NCBI GenBank assembly: GCA_051362555.1 | Contig: CM120646.1 | Location: 17,670,001 to 17,734,000, forward strand | From: Lingula anatina | Taxonomy: Eukaryota > Animalia > Brachiopoda | Length of the DNA stretch: 64,000 nt | Reading direction: 5' to 3' | Shown here: piece by piece, positions 48,690-59,234 of the stretch | Layout of the letters: each line of letters begins with the position of its first letter | Numbering within the stretch: position 1 is the first letter of the stretch | Program-made: the position numbers and the translations under genes | The notes under the pieces: generated by a model | Database searches by the model: none | Told to the model about the DNA's origin: nothing | What the model saw: only the letters and a program-made list of their open reading frames with translations

Positions 48690-51276
48690 AAAGTTTCTAT
48701 ATCCATCAAGAAGTCAACTTTAGCTGGCATAGTGCAGGATCTGAGCATACACTAGTATAGCGCTATATGTATTAGAAATATACATATTTCTCTCTACCAG
48801 AGGGCAGCTGAGTGACCAATGACGTCATTTCTGTGCAAAAATTCTCGCCGGATAGTAAATTACTAATGTGCTCGTAATAACCAGAGAAATATCTGGGAGT
48901 ATGTGGTAAAAAAAGTATCTGTGACCCTGGTGGATCTGGAACTGGTAAGAACAGTGCATATACATGTATACGTATATGTGCACTGTTGATATCGTGTTCA
49001 TTCCCCCTGAGGACAGACCACTCAGTCCTGACTTAAAGACTTTTCCATTGTCAACTTGACAACTTTATCTTACTATGTCTCCAGTGTAAACGTTTGCATA
49101 ATTTTACGGAGACTTTGGAAGTCGATTATTTTTATGTTGGCTATATTTTTGGTTGTGGCAAATTTTTCAGAACAATATGTATTTTTATATATTTCAGTTT
49201 TACAAACTAATAAATGCTTTTGCTTTTCATTGTTTTTGGAAGTTGTCGTCTTGTATTGGTGCTTGGGGAAAGTGTCGGGGAAATGGACAAAAAAGGTGAT
49301 GAATTCAATAGCCAAACTCATTTTATATTGTTTAGAAAAATGTGGTCAGATTCAAAAGGTGAAAGTTGCATATTCGTGCTTAATATTTCGAACATCCTAT
49401 GCTACTAAACAAGATTAAATAAAAATGACGCAATATTTCCACTGGCGTATTTAGGATGTTGCTAAGGGAGTGTGAGGAGCAAAAGTTTTGTTTTTTTACC
49501 TTGAATTAGGCCTGCCTGTCAAGTATACGTCATTTAGTTAATGTGGAAATCATTTCCACGTGCATTACACACATCAGGTCCGTTAAAAGGGGGATGTTGG
49601 TGGGGAGGGTTAAACGTGCATTTGTTCCGCTCTGAATCAATAATGTTCCATTAGGCCCTATGGCATAAAAAGGTTGTCTTTTATATAATAAAGGACTGGT
49701 CTCCCTTTTAAAATTGCAGGCTACAGGGACGGCTACAGGGACTTCTTTCAACCTTTTGTATTTTTATTGCAGTACCTTTTCATTCTATTATTATAATTTT
49801 TTTTTTTTTTTTTTTTTTTGGGGGGGTCACCCTGTAACATAACTCGCTCAAACCAGAGGGTCAAGCACATTCCAAAAAAAGGGTAAGATCTGTAGAGGAT
49901 AGAAAGGAAGGGAACGTCGGGAACATTTTTTACAGATCCTGCAACGGGAGCGGACATTTAGTTTATTGACTTCGAACCTTTTTTTCTCAAGGGTAATAAG
50001 ATTATAAGTTCGTTAAGAATTTCTGCACGCATACAAACGGAAAAGAAATGAGTAAATCTGTTTTTTTGGATCTGTTTTTCAGATTAGACGCCTTTATGTA
50101 ACAGCTGTTCAGGATCCATGTTATTGTTCCTACAGAGATTTGCCAGCAATTCTGTATAATAGGCCTAAATATATTTAAATTCAAGAATTGTATTTTTTTT
50201 TTTAGAATACGCAATATATGTTGCCATTTCATCTCTTCTTCAAAAATCTGTGAGTGAGTTCTATAGTTATTTCGAAATATGCATATAATGATAATAAATT
50301 AAATGTCTTTTTGTTGCTGACCATTGGTAGCCATCGATGGAAACGAAACCTACATGTAAACCACATCCAATACAGGAATATTCTGGTAACCATGTACCTG
50401 CCTTCCAATGTTAGAGGGCAACCTCAGAAACTATTTTATTTAACAAGGTGAAAATGCCCCTCCACACATTCACCTACACCTTAAGTACCTACTAACTTAG
50501 TAAGTGTAGCTATAGGACCGATCCATCATCTCAAACCGAAAGTTAACTGCTTTTTTTCTCCTGTAAACGACGTCGGATACCGTGGCCTCTCGAATTTCTC
50601 TGATAAAATTGCTGTTCTATTCTATGGGCAATAATCTTTCCTGGGGTTCTTGCTCAAGTAAAGAAACCCATACTGTGTAGCAGTCACCCTAGAGCGTTTT
50701 GTCCAGACCGTTTTCGTGCATAACGAGCTGGATCAGTTGTGCAACAACCAATACATAGGTGCATAAAGGTCGCAGAAATCTGCAATCTATAATCTATTAG
50801 TATAAGATCCATTTGTCTTTACATGTTTCGATTGCGATAGTTGAGTCGAAATAGAAGCTGAACGATTGCGTTGTGCACCCTCATAAAACTTTATTTTTGA
50901 TTAAAAAAAATCATGTTTTGTTCTCCTAAAACTATTTATTTACTTAATTAGTCTAAATTTGTGATTTTTTTTGGTAGATTGATTTATTTTTAACTCTGCT
51001 TTTTCAGCTGCAGCTTACAACACAGAACGGTGAGATTGAAGAATAACAAAATATGGTGCCATGAAAAATGTTTACGTCTTTATAATACTTTCTTTCTCTC
51101 CTTCAAAGACTTCAAACAAACGAGTTTTATAACATTGTTTTTTGGTTGGTAAAGGCTGTAGACCTATTAAACAGCCCCGCAAACAGACGCTTTAATACAA
51201 ATATGCACGTGAGTGTCGTTGACATAATGGAAAATTATATTGGGAAACCTGCAGATTAAATAAATTAAAATGAAGA

Positions 51277-51278
<2 letters not shown>

Positions 51279-51307
<29 letters not shown>

Positions 51308-51308
51308 C
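51279..51308. repeat. (TA)n microsatellite
   Basis: Direct reading. Confidence 0.95.
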
Positions 51309-51809
51309 TCTTCAATGTTTCCTGGCGTGTAAGAACCTGCCTCATAAGTAAACTTTCCACGAATAACTCGGTTTTCCCAACACGTCTACAGACACATAAG
51401 AAACATAAATAAAGACGGTAGACCTTATAACTAATTCGACATGCTGAAATCAGCGGACGAGAGGCGAATGCCAAAAACACATGAGGATTACGACCCAGCG
51501 CACCTCTCGTTATTCGGTTAATCGAGAGTGGCGCGAGCTCTGGGTGACCCCCCTCTCCCCTCCCCCTCCCACCCCATGAAAATTGACAATGATAGTAACA
51601 AATTATAATGATCAAGTTAATTCATAAATAAATGAGACTGAGACACACTGCTTATAAGAAAAAAACAGAAGTTTTAAAGAATTGCTGGATATTTCAAGTA
51701 TGGCATACATCTCAACTGCTAATTTCTGTAATTTCAGAGTTTATCTCATAGAGTCCTTCAAAGCGAGTCCCTGGTAGTCCCTGAATGGGCAAAATCACTA
51801 AAAACGCAC

Positions 51810-52025
51810 GGATTGGCGTCTCCGTGTGCCTGCGCAGGACAGACTAGTCATGGGACGCTCGGGTCAATCATTCATACTGTGATGCATAACTCAATTTTTG
51901 TCAACACAGAAGCCTACTAACAAAAGTAGCGTGTCTGCCGCTAGGTGGCATGACAGTGGTTACGAGGTCACAACGTAATATTTAACAGTCTGGGAGGCTC
52001 GCGTTCACAGCACTTCAAGGTAAGA
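51810..52025 (+). promoter_or_regulatory. Candidate promoter and non-coding exon 1 of DHRS11-like gene C
   Basis: Paralogous to 34160-34408: ATTGG, GCCTGCGCA, CCGCTAGGTGGCA (51938-51950), donor AAG|GTAAGA at 52020. Confidence 0.5.
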
Positions 52026-53753
52026 CATTAGGCCACCTCGTAAGAGATACAAATAATTATGCAGTAAGTTAATGAAAATAAGTTAGTCTATAGACATTCA
52101 TTATTTGTTATCTGATTATTATCAAAACACGTAATTTTGAAACCAATGATATTTGCGTGGCCTTAATGTAAGGCTAGGTAAGGTAGGTCACATAAATTTT
52201 TTTAAGCTGTCATTAGGCCTATACATCTAGGATCTTACCAAGTACTTATATCACACCATTGCCGCTAAACCCGATAGAGTGCAACTGTGTCTTTAAAATA
52301 GTATAAGTCCATTACATTGTTTTCCAAAAATGATATTTGCACCTTTATTTTTCTATTTACCTTGTGTGGACTGGATCAGTGGAAATACCTGTAAGTAGGT
52401 CAATATACGGCTAGGAATTGGAAGGTGCAATTTTTAAGTCTAATTTCTGCTGTCATCGATTTTGATTTTTGTTTTTTTTTTAGCATGTCGATTTCATTTG
52501 TGTCGTTTATAAACTGGCACTTATGATTCATATAGAGTACGCTATAGGGCATTGACATCTGGCTTCACACAAAATATATGTACAGTAGCCCTATTCCAAT
52601 CTCAATTCTCGAATCACAAGCATTTTCGTGCTATTATTGTTGGTTCTGGCTACAGAGATGGGGTGACCTTGAATGAAACTCGACTTCAGATCTTCTGGAA
52701 AATCTGTTTAAATTCGGCGTCACACCCTTTGAATTATGCTGAACATAAAGTTCGTTGAACTCTCACGGCTTTCTGACCCGACTTAAATATGCACAGGGTT
52801 TTTGTCACAGTGTGTTAGACTTAAAACTGCATAGTGTTTTGTCAATGGACAAAAGAGTGTGCCACTCCTGTGAAAAATACAGTATGTTTATAGGGGTTTA
52901 AAGTAAAAAGCATCTAGTGTGTTGAGTACCGTGCGACCTTGAGACAAATTCTCCTCAGGTTTGAGGTCATCTCGGCTCAGCGCTTTAACCACAATAGCCT
53001 TGCTTCCGCAGTGACGCCTGTCATTTTAAATAGCTAGGGTGGATTTATGAATTATAAACAGACTAGAAGAAAGTGCGTGCTGTTTGGATGGCATATAGAA
53101 AAGAATGCTGGCGAAATAATGAGAGTAACGGCGCTTTAAAGACATCATGAAGAGACACTGTACTTGGTTATTCGTGTTCTACTTTTAAACTCGTATTGAG
53201 TTCCACGGAGGAGATACATTTGCTAGTAACTATACGTTTATTTTTTTAAAGTAAAGTTTAAATCCTACTCCTACTATACTCATTCCTATATCTGTATCCT
53301 ATTTGTACATGTAGAATGCGAGGAGAAAGAGGGAGATCCAGTAAAAGCTATATAATATTTTTCAAGGAAATTTATAACTATTAAGTGTTTTTTTTTTTTT
53401 TTTTTTTTTTTTTATACCTGTGTAACTGTGTTATTTACTTATCCATTTCTTATGTAATTGTAGTTCTCCTTCTCTTGAAAGTTTGAACCGCTCCTTTTGT
53501 GTAACGTACATGTGATTGTATCCATATGCCTCTCTCTTTTATAATTATGGTAAATTTATAATTACACCAAGAAAATCAAAGATTAAATGCATATGATACT
53601 GATAATAATTACGGTAATTAAATACTGATAAATAAATAAGAACATAAATATATAGACTTACTTTCACTCACTCATCCGTCCATACATACTACACGTATAC
53701 ATGCTTGTTGTGAACTACATAACGGCAACTATAGCGTACTAGAGGTGAAAATT

Positions 53754-56700
53754 TTAACACGTTATGGTAGGAATGCGTTTCCATTTTGTATTGAACCTGT
53801 CTTCTTTTCCTGTCTTTATAGCAATGTATTTTTCGATTTTCTTCTTCTGACTAAGAAAATGCAGAAACAGTTCAAAATCATAGACTGATGGATTTTCTGA
53901 ATTTTTGTTTATGAATTGTTTAGCCACAATAATGCAGAAATTTAAAGCTTTTACGCGCTGGTCGCTTGACAGACACCCGTACATTATAGTTTTTTCATTT
54001 TTTCTGAAGTGTATGGTGTTATTCGGAATGTTCCACCAGTTTTCAAATGCAATCCAAAAATTTCTTGCACGTACACATTCTACAAAACGATGTATTATTG
54101 TTTCTTTCATATGGCAGTTAATACATCCTGGGCTAGTAACTATTTTCATTTTGAACAGTGTAGAATTTGTGTACAGCACATTGTGAATTATTCTGTATTG
54201 CATTATTTGTAGTTGAGTTTCTTTGACAGACTCAAATGGTATCAAGAAAACTCTCTGCCAATCATTTTCACTTACGCCTGATTTGATAAGATGCAAACTT
54301 GCTGTGGGTAAATTTATTACATTTCTTTCTATTAGCTTATCGTAAATGGTTTTTGTAGAGGCTAGAGTCCATACTATCTCATCTGAGTCTGTGTTGTCAA
54401 CTGTTTCTGCATTTTCCCGAAGTTTACGTAACCATGATATCGGAATTGATTTTTTTACTTTTTCGTATTCTAGAAAATTCGGCAGCTTAATGTCGAAGTT
54501 GTGTTGATTTATTATTTCTTCTAATGATATAAATTCACCATTAATATTTATAATATCTTGCATATAATTTACTCCGGCTTTTGACCAATGCCTTAGATAT
54601 ATTGACTTTTTGTTTACAAGTATGAATCTATTATTCCATATTATCTGTTTCTTTATATCGGAGGCATTATTAGGGTCTGTTTGTATTACATCACTCCATG
54701 CATCTAGCATGGCTACGTAAAAAGGTGGTATGTCCGAAATGTTAATATTCTTCAGTTCATAATTACAACTGAAAATAAGTTTTCCTCCCACACTTCTTAA
54801 ATATTTCAGTATGTTTATAACCCACGGATCATCGTTGTCAGCTAACATTATGCGCTTAACCATTGAGGCCTTCAGAGACCGCACGTGCGATGGCACATGC
54901 GTCAAATTTAAACCACCTTTACTCTTTGGGGCTATTAATGTATTTTGCTTTAATTTTGGTTTTTTATCATTCCATAGAAATTTTTTGAATGAAGCATCTA
55001 TCCTCAAAATAATATCATTTGGGGTCTCAAGAACTGTATTAGCATAAACCAGTTTAGCCAGACCCAATGTTTTCAGTATTTGTATCTTTCCAATCCATGT
55101 GAGGTCTCTGCTGGACCAAAGGTTAAGCAGCTTTTCAATTTGATCAACTTTACTATCGAAGTCTAGAAACCTGCAGCTTTCGTAATCGTAAGAGAAATGA
55201 ATTCCGAGAGCTTTTATTGGTCTATCCGGCCATAGCAACCCGAGGGGCTTTTCGTCGTTGAATCTATTGCTTCCAAGCCACAGGGCTTCGGACTTGCTCA
55301 AGTTTAGTTCTAAACCAGAAATTTGTTTGAATTCAGATATTAATTTCAATGCGTTTTTAGCGGACCCAACATCATTTAGAAATAGCGTTGTATCGTCGGC
55401 ATATTGGCATAATTTGTGTTCATGACGATCAATAGTAATTCCCCGTATGGATGGATCTGCGCGTATTGCGCAGGCTAGTATTTCTACGGCCAGCACGAAT
55501 AAAGGGCCGGACAGTGGGCATCCTTGTCTTACACCTCTTGTAATTGAAAAGAATCGCGAGGAATATCCGTTGTTTGTAATACAACTGGAAGCATTGGCGT
55601 ACATAATGTCAAACCACTGAATGAAGTCAGGGCCAAAGTTGAATATTTTCAGGCATTTTTTTATAAATTCCCATTCAATGCAATCGAACGCTTTTTTAAA
55701 ATCTAAGAAAATTGCCATCCCTTCTTTATTTTGCCTTTTTGTTGAGTACATAAGATCCCAGATGAGTCTTATATTTTCACCGATATATCTTTTTTTAACG
55801 TACCCGGTTTGGTTTTTGTTGATAATGGTTGGTAAAGTCATTTCCATTCGTTTTGCAAGTGCTTTTGCGGCTATTTTGTAGCTTACGCTTAGCAAAGAAA
55901 TAGGTCGCCAGTTTTCCAAACGGTGTCTATCCTTGTCTTTTTTGGGAATTAGTGTTATTATGCCCTGCCGTTGGCTAATATTTAACTGACCAGTTTCAAA
56001 AGCAAAATTTAAACAGTCTGCCATTTCCTCTCCTAATTCTTCCCAGAATTTCATGTAAAATTCTGCGGAGAGCCCATCGACACCCGGGGTTTTATTCTTC
56101 TTTTTTGTAAGTACTTTGAGTGCGTTTTTGCACTCGTTGATGGTTAGCTTTCCTTCACATGCGATTTTTAGGTCGTTTGGAATTTGGGGTATGTTTTGTA
56201 CATTGAAAAATTTGTTTGAGATTCTCTCGTTAAAGGTAGTGTTCTGTGAGGTGTACAAATTTTCATAAAACTTTTCCTGTTCTTGTAGAATATCTTTATC
56301 GTTAGTTACTGTTAGTGTATCATTAATTTCTAGTTTTGTAATTGTATTTCTGACCCGATTCCGTTTTTCCAAGTTGATAAAGTAATTTGTATTGCGTTCG
56401 CCCTTTTCGTACCATCTCACTTTACTGCGCATTATTGCACCTTCAGTTTTAGCTTCTAAGATTAAATCATATTCAGTCTTAAGTTTTTCTAATTCTTTAG
56501 CTTTTTCTTTATTAAATTGATTGTCTATCTCGGCTTGTAGCGCGTTGATTTTTTTCCAAATGTCTCTTTCATTTTCTCTATGTTGTTTAGATTTTTGCTT
56601 TGAAAATTTTATTGAAAACTGCCGTATTTCCATGGTTATCATATCAAATGCTAAACCACGGTCCTCTAAGTAATTGTATCTGTTTTTTGCTTCATTAATT

Positions 56701-57518
56701 ACAATTTTCATTTCGTTAATATATCTTTCGTCTCCTAGTAAAGTATTATTGTGTTTCCAAAACCCTCGCCCTCTAACTGTCACATCTTTTGTCTTTAAAA
56801 ACAAAGATATTGCATCATGATCAGTGTAAGGTGCGTACAGTATCTCCGCCTTTTCTATAAAACAATTTTCTATAAGTTCGTTAGATGTTATCCAGTAGTC
56901 TAGTCTGCAGGAAATTTTTGATTCGGAGTTTTTCCATGTGTATCTTCTTTCTGCACCATGGAACTTTCTCCATGTGTCATTTAAATGATATTTTTTCATA
57001 ATAGTTTGTATTTCATGTATAACTTTATCTTTAATGTGTGTGGACAATCCACCATGTTTATCTAGCTTGGACAATGTGCAGTTGAAGTCACCCCCTATAA
57101 TTACATAATCAGATTCATATTTAGCTAGTTCTTTATAGAGAAATCTGTAAAATTCAACTTGTTCATTTATTTGATTTGGGGCATATATATTACACATAAG
57201 AAAAGTGCTCGTACCAATTTTAATTTTCACGCCTAGAAGACGACCATCCGGGTCTGTAACTGTGTCTATAATGTCATATTCTATGTTATTTTTAAATGAA
57301 ATCATCACCCCTTTGCTATGCCCAGTACCATGATTATACCAAACCTTTCCACCCCACTGAGCGCGCCATAATTTTTCGACTTTCTGCGAGCTGTAGGTTT
57401 CTTGTAGGAGGAAAACATTTTCAGGCCTTTTATGTAGCCACCTAAATACTCCCTTTCTTTTTTTAAAGTTATTTAGCCCCCGGACATTTAAGGATAATAT
57501 ACTAAAATCAAAACTCAT
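53754..57518 (-). CDS. LINE ORF2p: APE endonuclease, reverse transcriptase and C-terminal CCHC zinc finger, 1254 aa
   Basis: Endonuclease motifs SLNVRGL, LQET, NIYAP, GGDFN, RLDY, TDH; RT motifs KTPGVDG, NWRPISLL, LDFKKAFD, GVRQGCPLS, YADD; CINC...ETIIH...EC. Confidence 0.97.
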   Translation of the reverse strand: MSFDFSILSLNVRGLNNFKKRKGVFRWLHKRPENVFLLQETYSSQKVEKLWRAQWGGKVWYNHGTGHSKGVMISFKNNIEYDIIDTVTDPDGRLLGVKIKIGTSTFLMCNIYAPNQINEQVEFYRFLYKELAKYESDYVIIGGDFNCTLSKLDKHGGLSTHIKDKVIHEIQTIMKKYHLNDTWRKFHGAERRYTWKNSESKISCRLDYWITSNELIENCFIEKAEILYAPYTDHDAISLFLKTKDVTVRGRGFWKHNNTLLGDERYINEMKIVINEAKNRYNYLEDRGLAFDMITMEIRQFSIKFSKQKSKQHRENERDIWKKINALQAEIDNQFNKEKAKELEKLKTEYDLILEAKTEGAIMRSKVRWYEKGERNTNYFINLEKRNRVRNTITKLEINDTLTVTNDKDILQEQEKFYENLYTSQNTTFNERISNKFFNVQNIPQIPNDLKIACEGKLTINECKNALKVLTKKKNKTPGVDGLSAEFYMKFWEELGEEMADCLNFAFETGQLNISQRQGIITLIPKKDKDRHRLENWRPISLLSVSYKIAAKALAKRMEMTLPTIINKNQTGYVKKRYIGENIRLIWDLMYSTKRQNKEGMAIFLDFKKAFDCIEWEFIKKCLKIFNFGPDFIQWFDIMYANASSCITNNGYSSRFFSITRGVRQGCPLSGPLFVLAVEILACAIRADPSIRGITIDRHEHKLCQYADDTTLFLNDVGSAKNALKLISEFKQISGLELNLSKSEALWLGSNRFNDEKPLGLLWPDRPIKALGIHFSYDYESCRFLDFDSKVDQIEKLLNLWSSRDLTWIGKIQILKTLGLAKLVYANTVLETPNDIILRIDASFKKFLWNDKKPKLKQNTLIAPKSKGGLNLTHVPSHVRSLKASMVKRIMLADNDDPWVINILKYLRSVGGKLIFSCNYELKNINISDIPPFYVAMLDAWSDVIQTDPNNASDIKKQIIWNNRFILVNKKSIYLRHWSKAGVNYMQDIININGEFISLEEIINQHNFDIKLPNFLEYEKVKKSIPISWLRKLRENAETVDNTDSDEIVWTLASTKTIYDKLIERNVINLPTASLHLIKSGVSENDWQRVFLIPFESVKETQLQIMQYRIIHNVLYTNSTLFKMKIVTSPGCINCHMKETIIHRFVECVRARNFWIAFENWWNIPNNTIHFRKNEKTIMYGCLSSDQRVKALNFCIIVAKQFINKNSENPSVYDFELFLHFLSQKKKIEKYIAIKTGKEDRFNTKWKRIPTITC

Positions 57519-57836
57519 AATAGCATTTTAATGTATTGACAGACATAACGTTTTCGTTGATATATATGTATGTACGACAATGAGTCACACCATTCTTTTC
57601 ATCGCTTAACATACAGACATGTACCACGTGCACACTTTTACTTTCATACACAATCTCAGTCTTACGCACGGCCATTATCCACTTACTCACCTCATTTAAA
57701 CACAAACATACACTCACACAATATACTACATATAGGAAAACGCACATGGGAGAGCGTTCAGTTTTGTGCGACAATTGGTTTTATGTGCGAAATTAAAGCA
57801 AGAGGAAAATGGAAAAGGGAGAAATAAAGTTCATGC

Positions 57837-58667
57837 TCAAGCGTTTCTTATCTTTAAATTAATATCATCGTGCAGGTCAAATTTCACCCTTTTTGTGCTG
57901 TCTTTCGGCCGACCATAGACTGACCCATTAAAGTACCATGCTTGGTCAATTTCAGGGTGGCTGACGAGGCGCTGGATAAGTTGCGCGTTCTTTTTTGTGA
58001 CGTCATCTGCCAGTCTCAAGTTTTGCCTCGAGGTTTTCATTGCCCTTCTGCACCTCATAATTTTGGCTTTTGTCTCCGTGTTATTCACTCGTAAAATTAT
58101 AGGTCTCGGTTGTTGTGTTTTTGCCCCAGGTATACGATGTACTGCTAGAATGTCATCATCCCGGAGTGTTATCTGTGCTACTTCCTTCAATGTGTCGCGT
58201 ACGACGGACTTAGTGTTCTCCTTTGTCTCTTCCTTTATCCCGTAAATTTTAATATTGTTCTTACGAGAATACTGTTCGTTGTAGTTTGATCGTTTGTCCG
58301 CCTCGAGACTCAGTTTTGTGAGATCTTTTATCTCCTCTTTCAATTTAAGTAAATCTTTGTCTTTCCTTGCAATGTTTTCTGTAAGGTTTTTATTTTCAAA
58401 TTCCAGGAAGTCTAATTTCTCTCGCATGTTGTTGATTTGTGAACCCATTTCTTTCTTCATTTCTTTTAACATTTCTGTAACTAAGGTGGTTACTAGTTCT
58501 TTCAGTTCGTCTTTGTTTATCATGTCTTTCATATAAGATTTTATTTCTTCTAGTTCCGCTAAGATAATGCTGTTATTTTCTTCAGCACTTGTATTGGAGA
58601 CTTCGCTGTGCGTACGTTTGGGTGTAGGCTCACCCTTCTTAGTGTTTTTTGTGTGTTTGGATGACAT
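57837..58667 (-). CDS. LINE ORF1p (coiled coil plus RRM, L1-type), 276 aa
   Basis: Heptad-rich N-terminal half followed by EQYSRKNNIKIYGIKE, AVHRI, PRPIILR and LADDVT; located upstream of ORF2 within the TSDs. Confidence 0.92.
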   Translation of the reverse strand: MSSKHTKNTKKGEPTPKRTHSEVSNTSAEENNSIILAELEEIKSYMKDMINKDELKELVTTLVTEMLKEMKKEMGSQINNMREKLDFLEFENKNLTENIARKDKDLLKLKEEIKDLTKLSLEADKRSNYNEQYSRKNNIKIYGIKEETKENTKSVVRDTLKEVAQITLRDDDILAVHRIPGAKTQQPRPIILRVNNTETKAKIMRCRRAMKTSRQNLRLADDVTKKNAQLIQRLVSHPEIDQAWYFNGSVYGRPKDSTKRVKFDLHDDINLKIRNA

Positions 58668-59040
58668 GCTGAAAGGTTGACAGCACTGCGTGAAATTTAA
58701 TGTAGTCAGTATGTATCATCCACTATGCGACGTTCGCGCAGACTGTCTATGTGATAAGGTTAAAAAATATCAGTTATTCACCTTATTTGTACTTTCTCCA
58801 CCCGATCAGCTCGTTCACGGATGTGCACTTGTTCAGTATGTATCACATCAGACGTTGGGTTCACTTGTCTATGTCAAAAAAGACCAATTTATGTCCCGTG
58901 TCCTAGAGTTCGTGTCAACCTCTACGCCATCTTGTCTCCCTTCCAACTATTAAGTGTTTGATATACCCAGGATTTTGCTTAGAGAGATGAAGAGAACATT
59001 TTCGGCTCACGTTGCCTACCATGTTTATACACAAAAAAGC

Positions 59041-59234
59041 AAAAATAATACAAATAGAAAATGTTTTGTATGTTAATTCAATATGCCTGCAGATTAACAT
59101 GTCAATTTTCTTATTATTAGCAATCATTATGGAACGCAAAAATAATACAAATAAAAAGTGTTTTGTATGTTAATTCAATATGCCTGCAGATTTACATGTC
59201 AATTTTCTTATTATTAGCAATCACTATGGAACGC
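59041..59234 (+). repeat. 97-bp tandem duplication covering the splice acceptor and start codon of gene C
   Basis: Units 59041-59137 and 59138-59234 both end in TTATTATTAGCAATCAYTATGGAACGC. Confidence 0.92.

Larger units (their letters stand above)
53391..58944 (-). mobile_element. Full-length L1/Tx1-clade non-LTR retrotransposon, ~5.55 kb
   Basis: TSD AACTATTAAGTGTTT at 53376-53390 and 58945-58959; poly(T) to 53413 (poly-A tail); two intact ORFs; empty site in unit 1 (~35673-35690); 5' end GGAAGGGAGACAAGATGGCG. Confidence 0.96.

Noticed and set aside
57508-57827. Extra ORFs in the L1 inter-ORF spacer
   Set aside because: Short, low-complexity TG-rich sequence with no recognisable motif.
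53905-58536. Plus-strand ORFs within the LINE
   Set aside because: Antisense shadows of ORF1 and ORF2.
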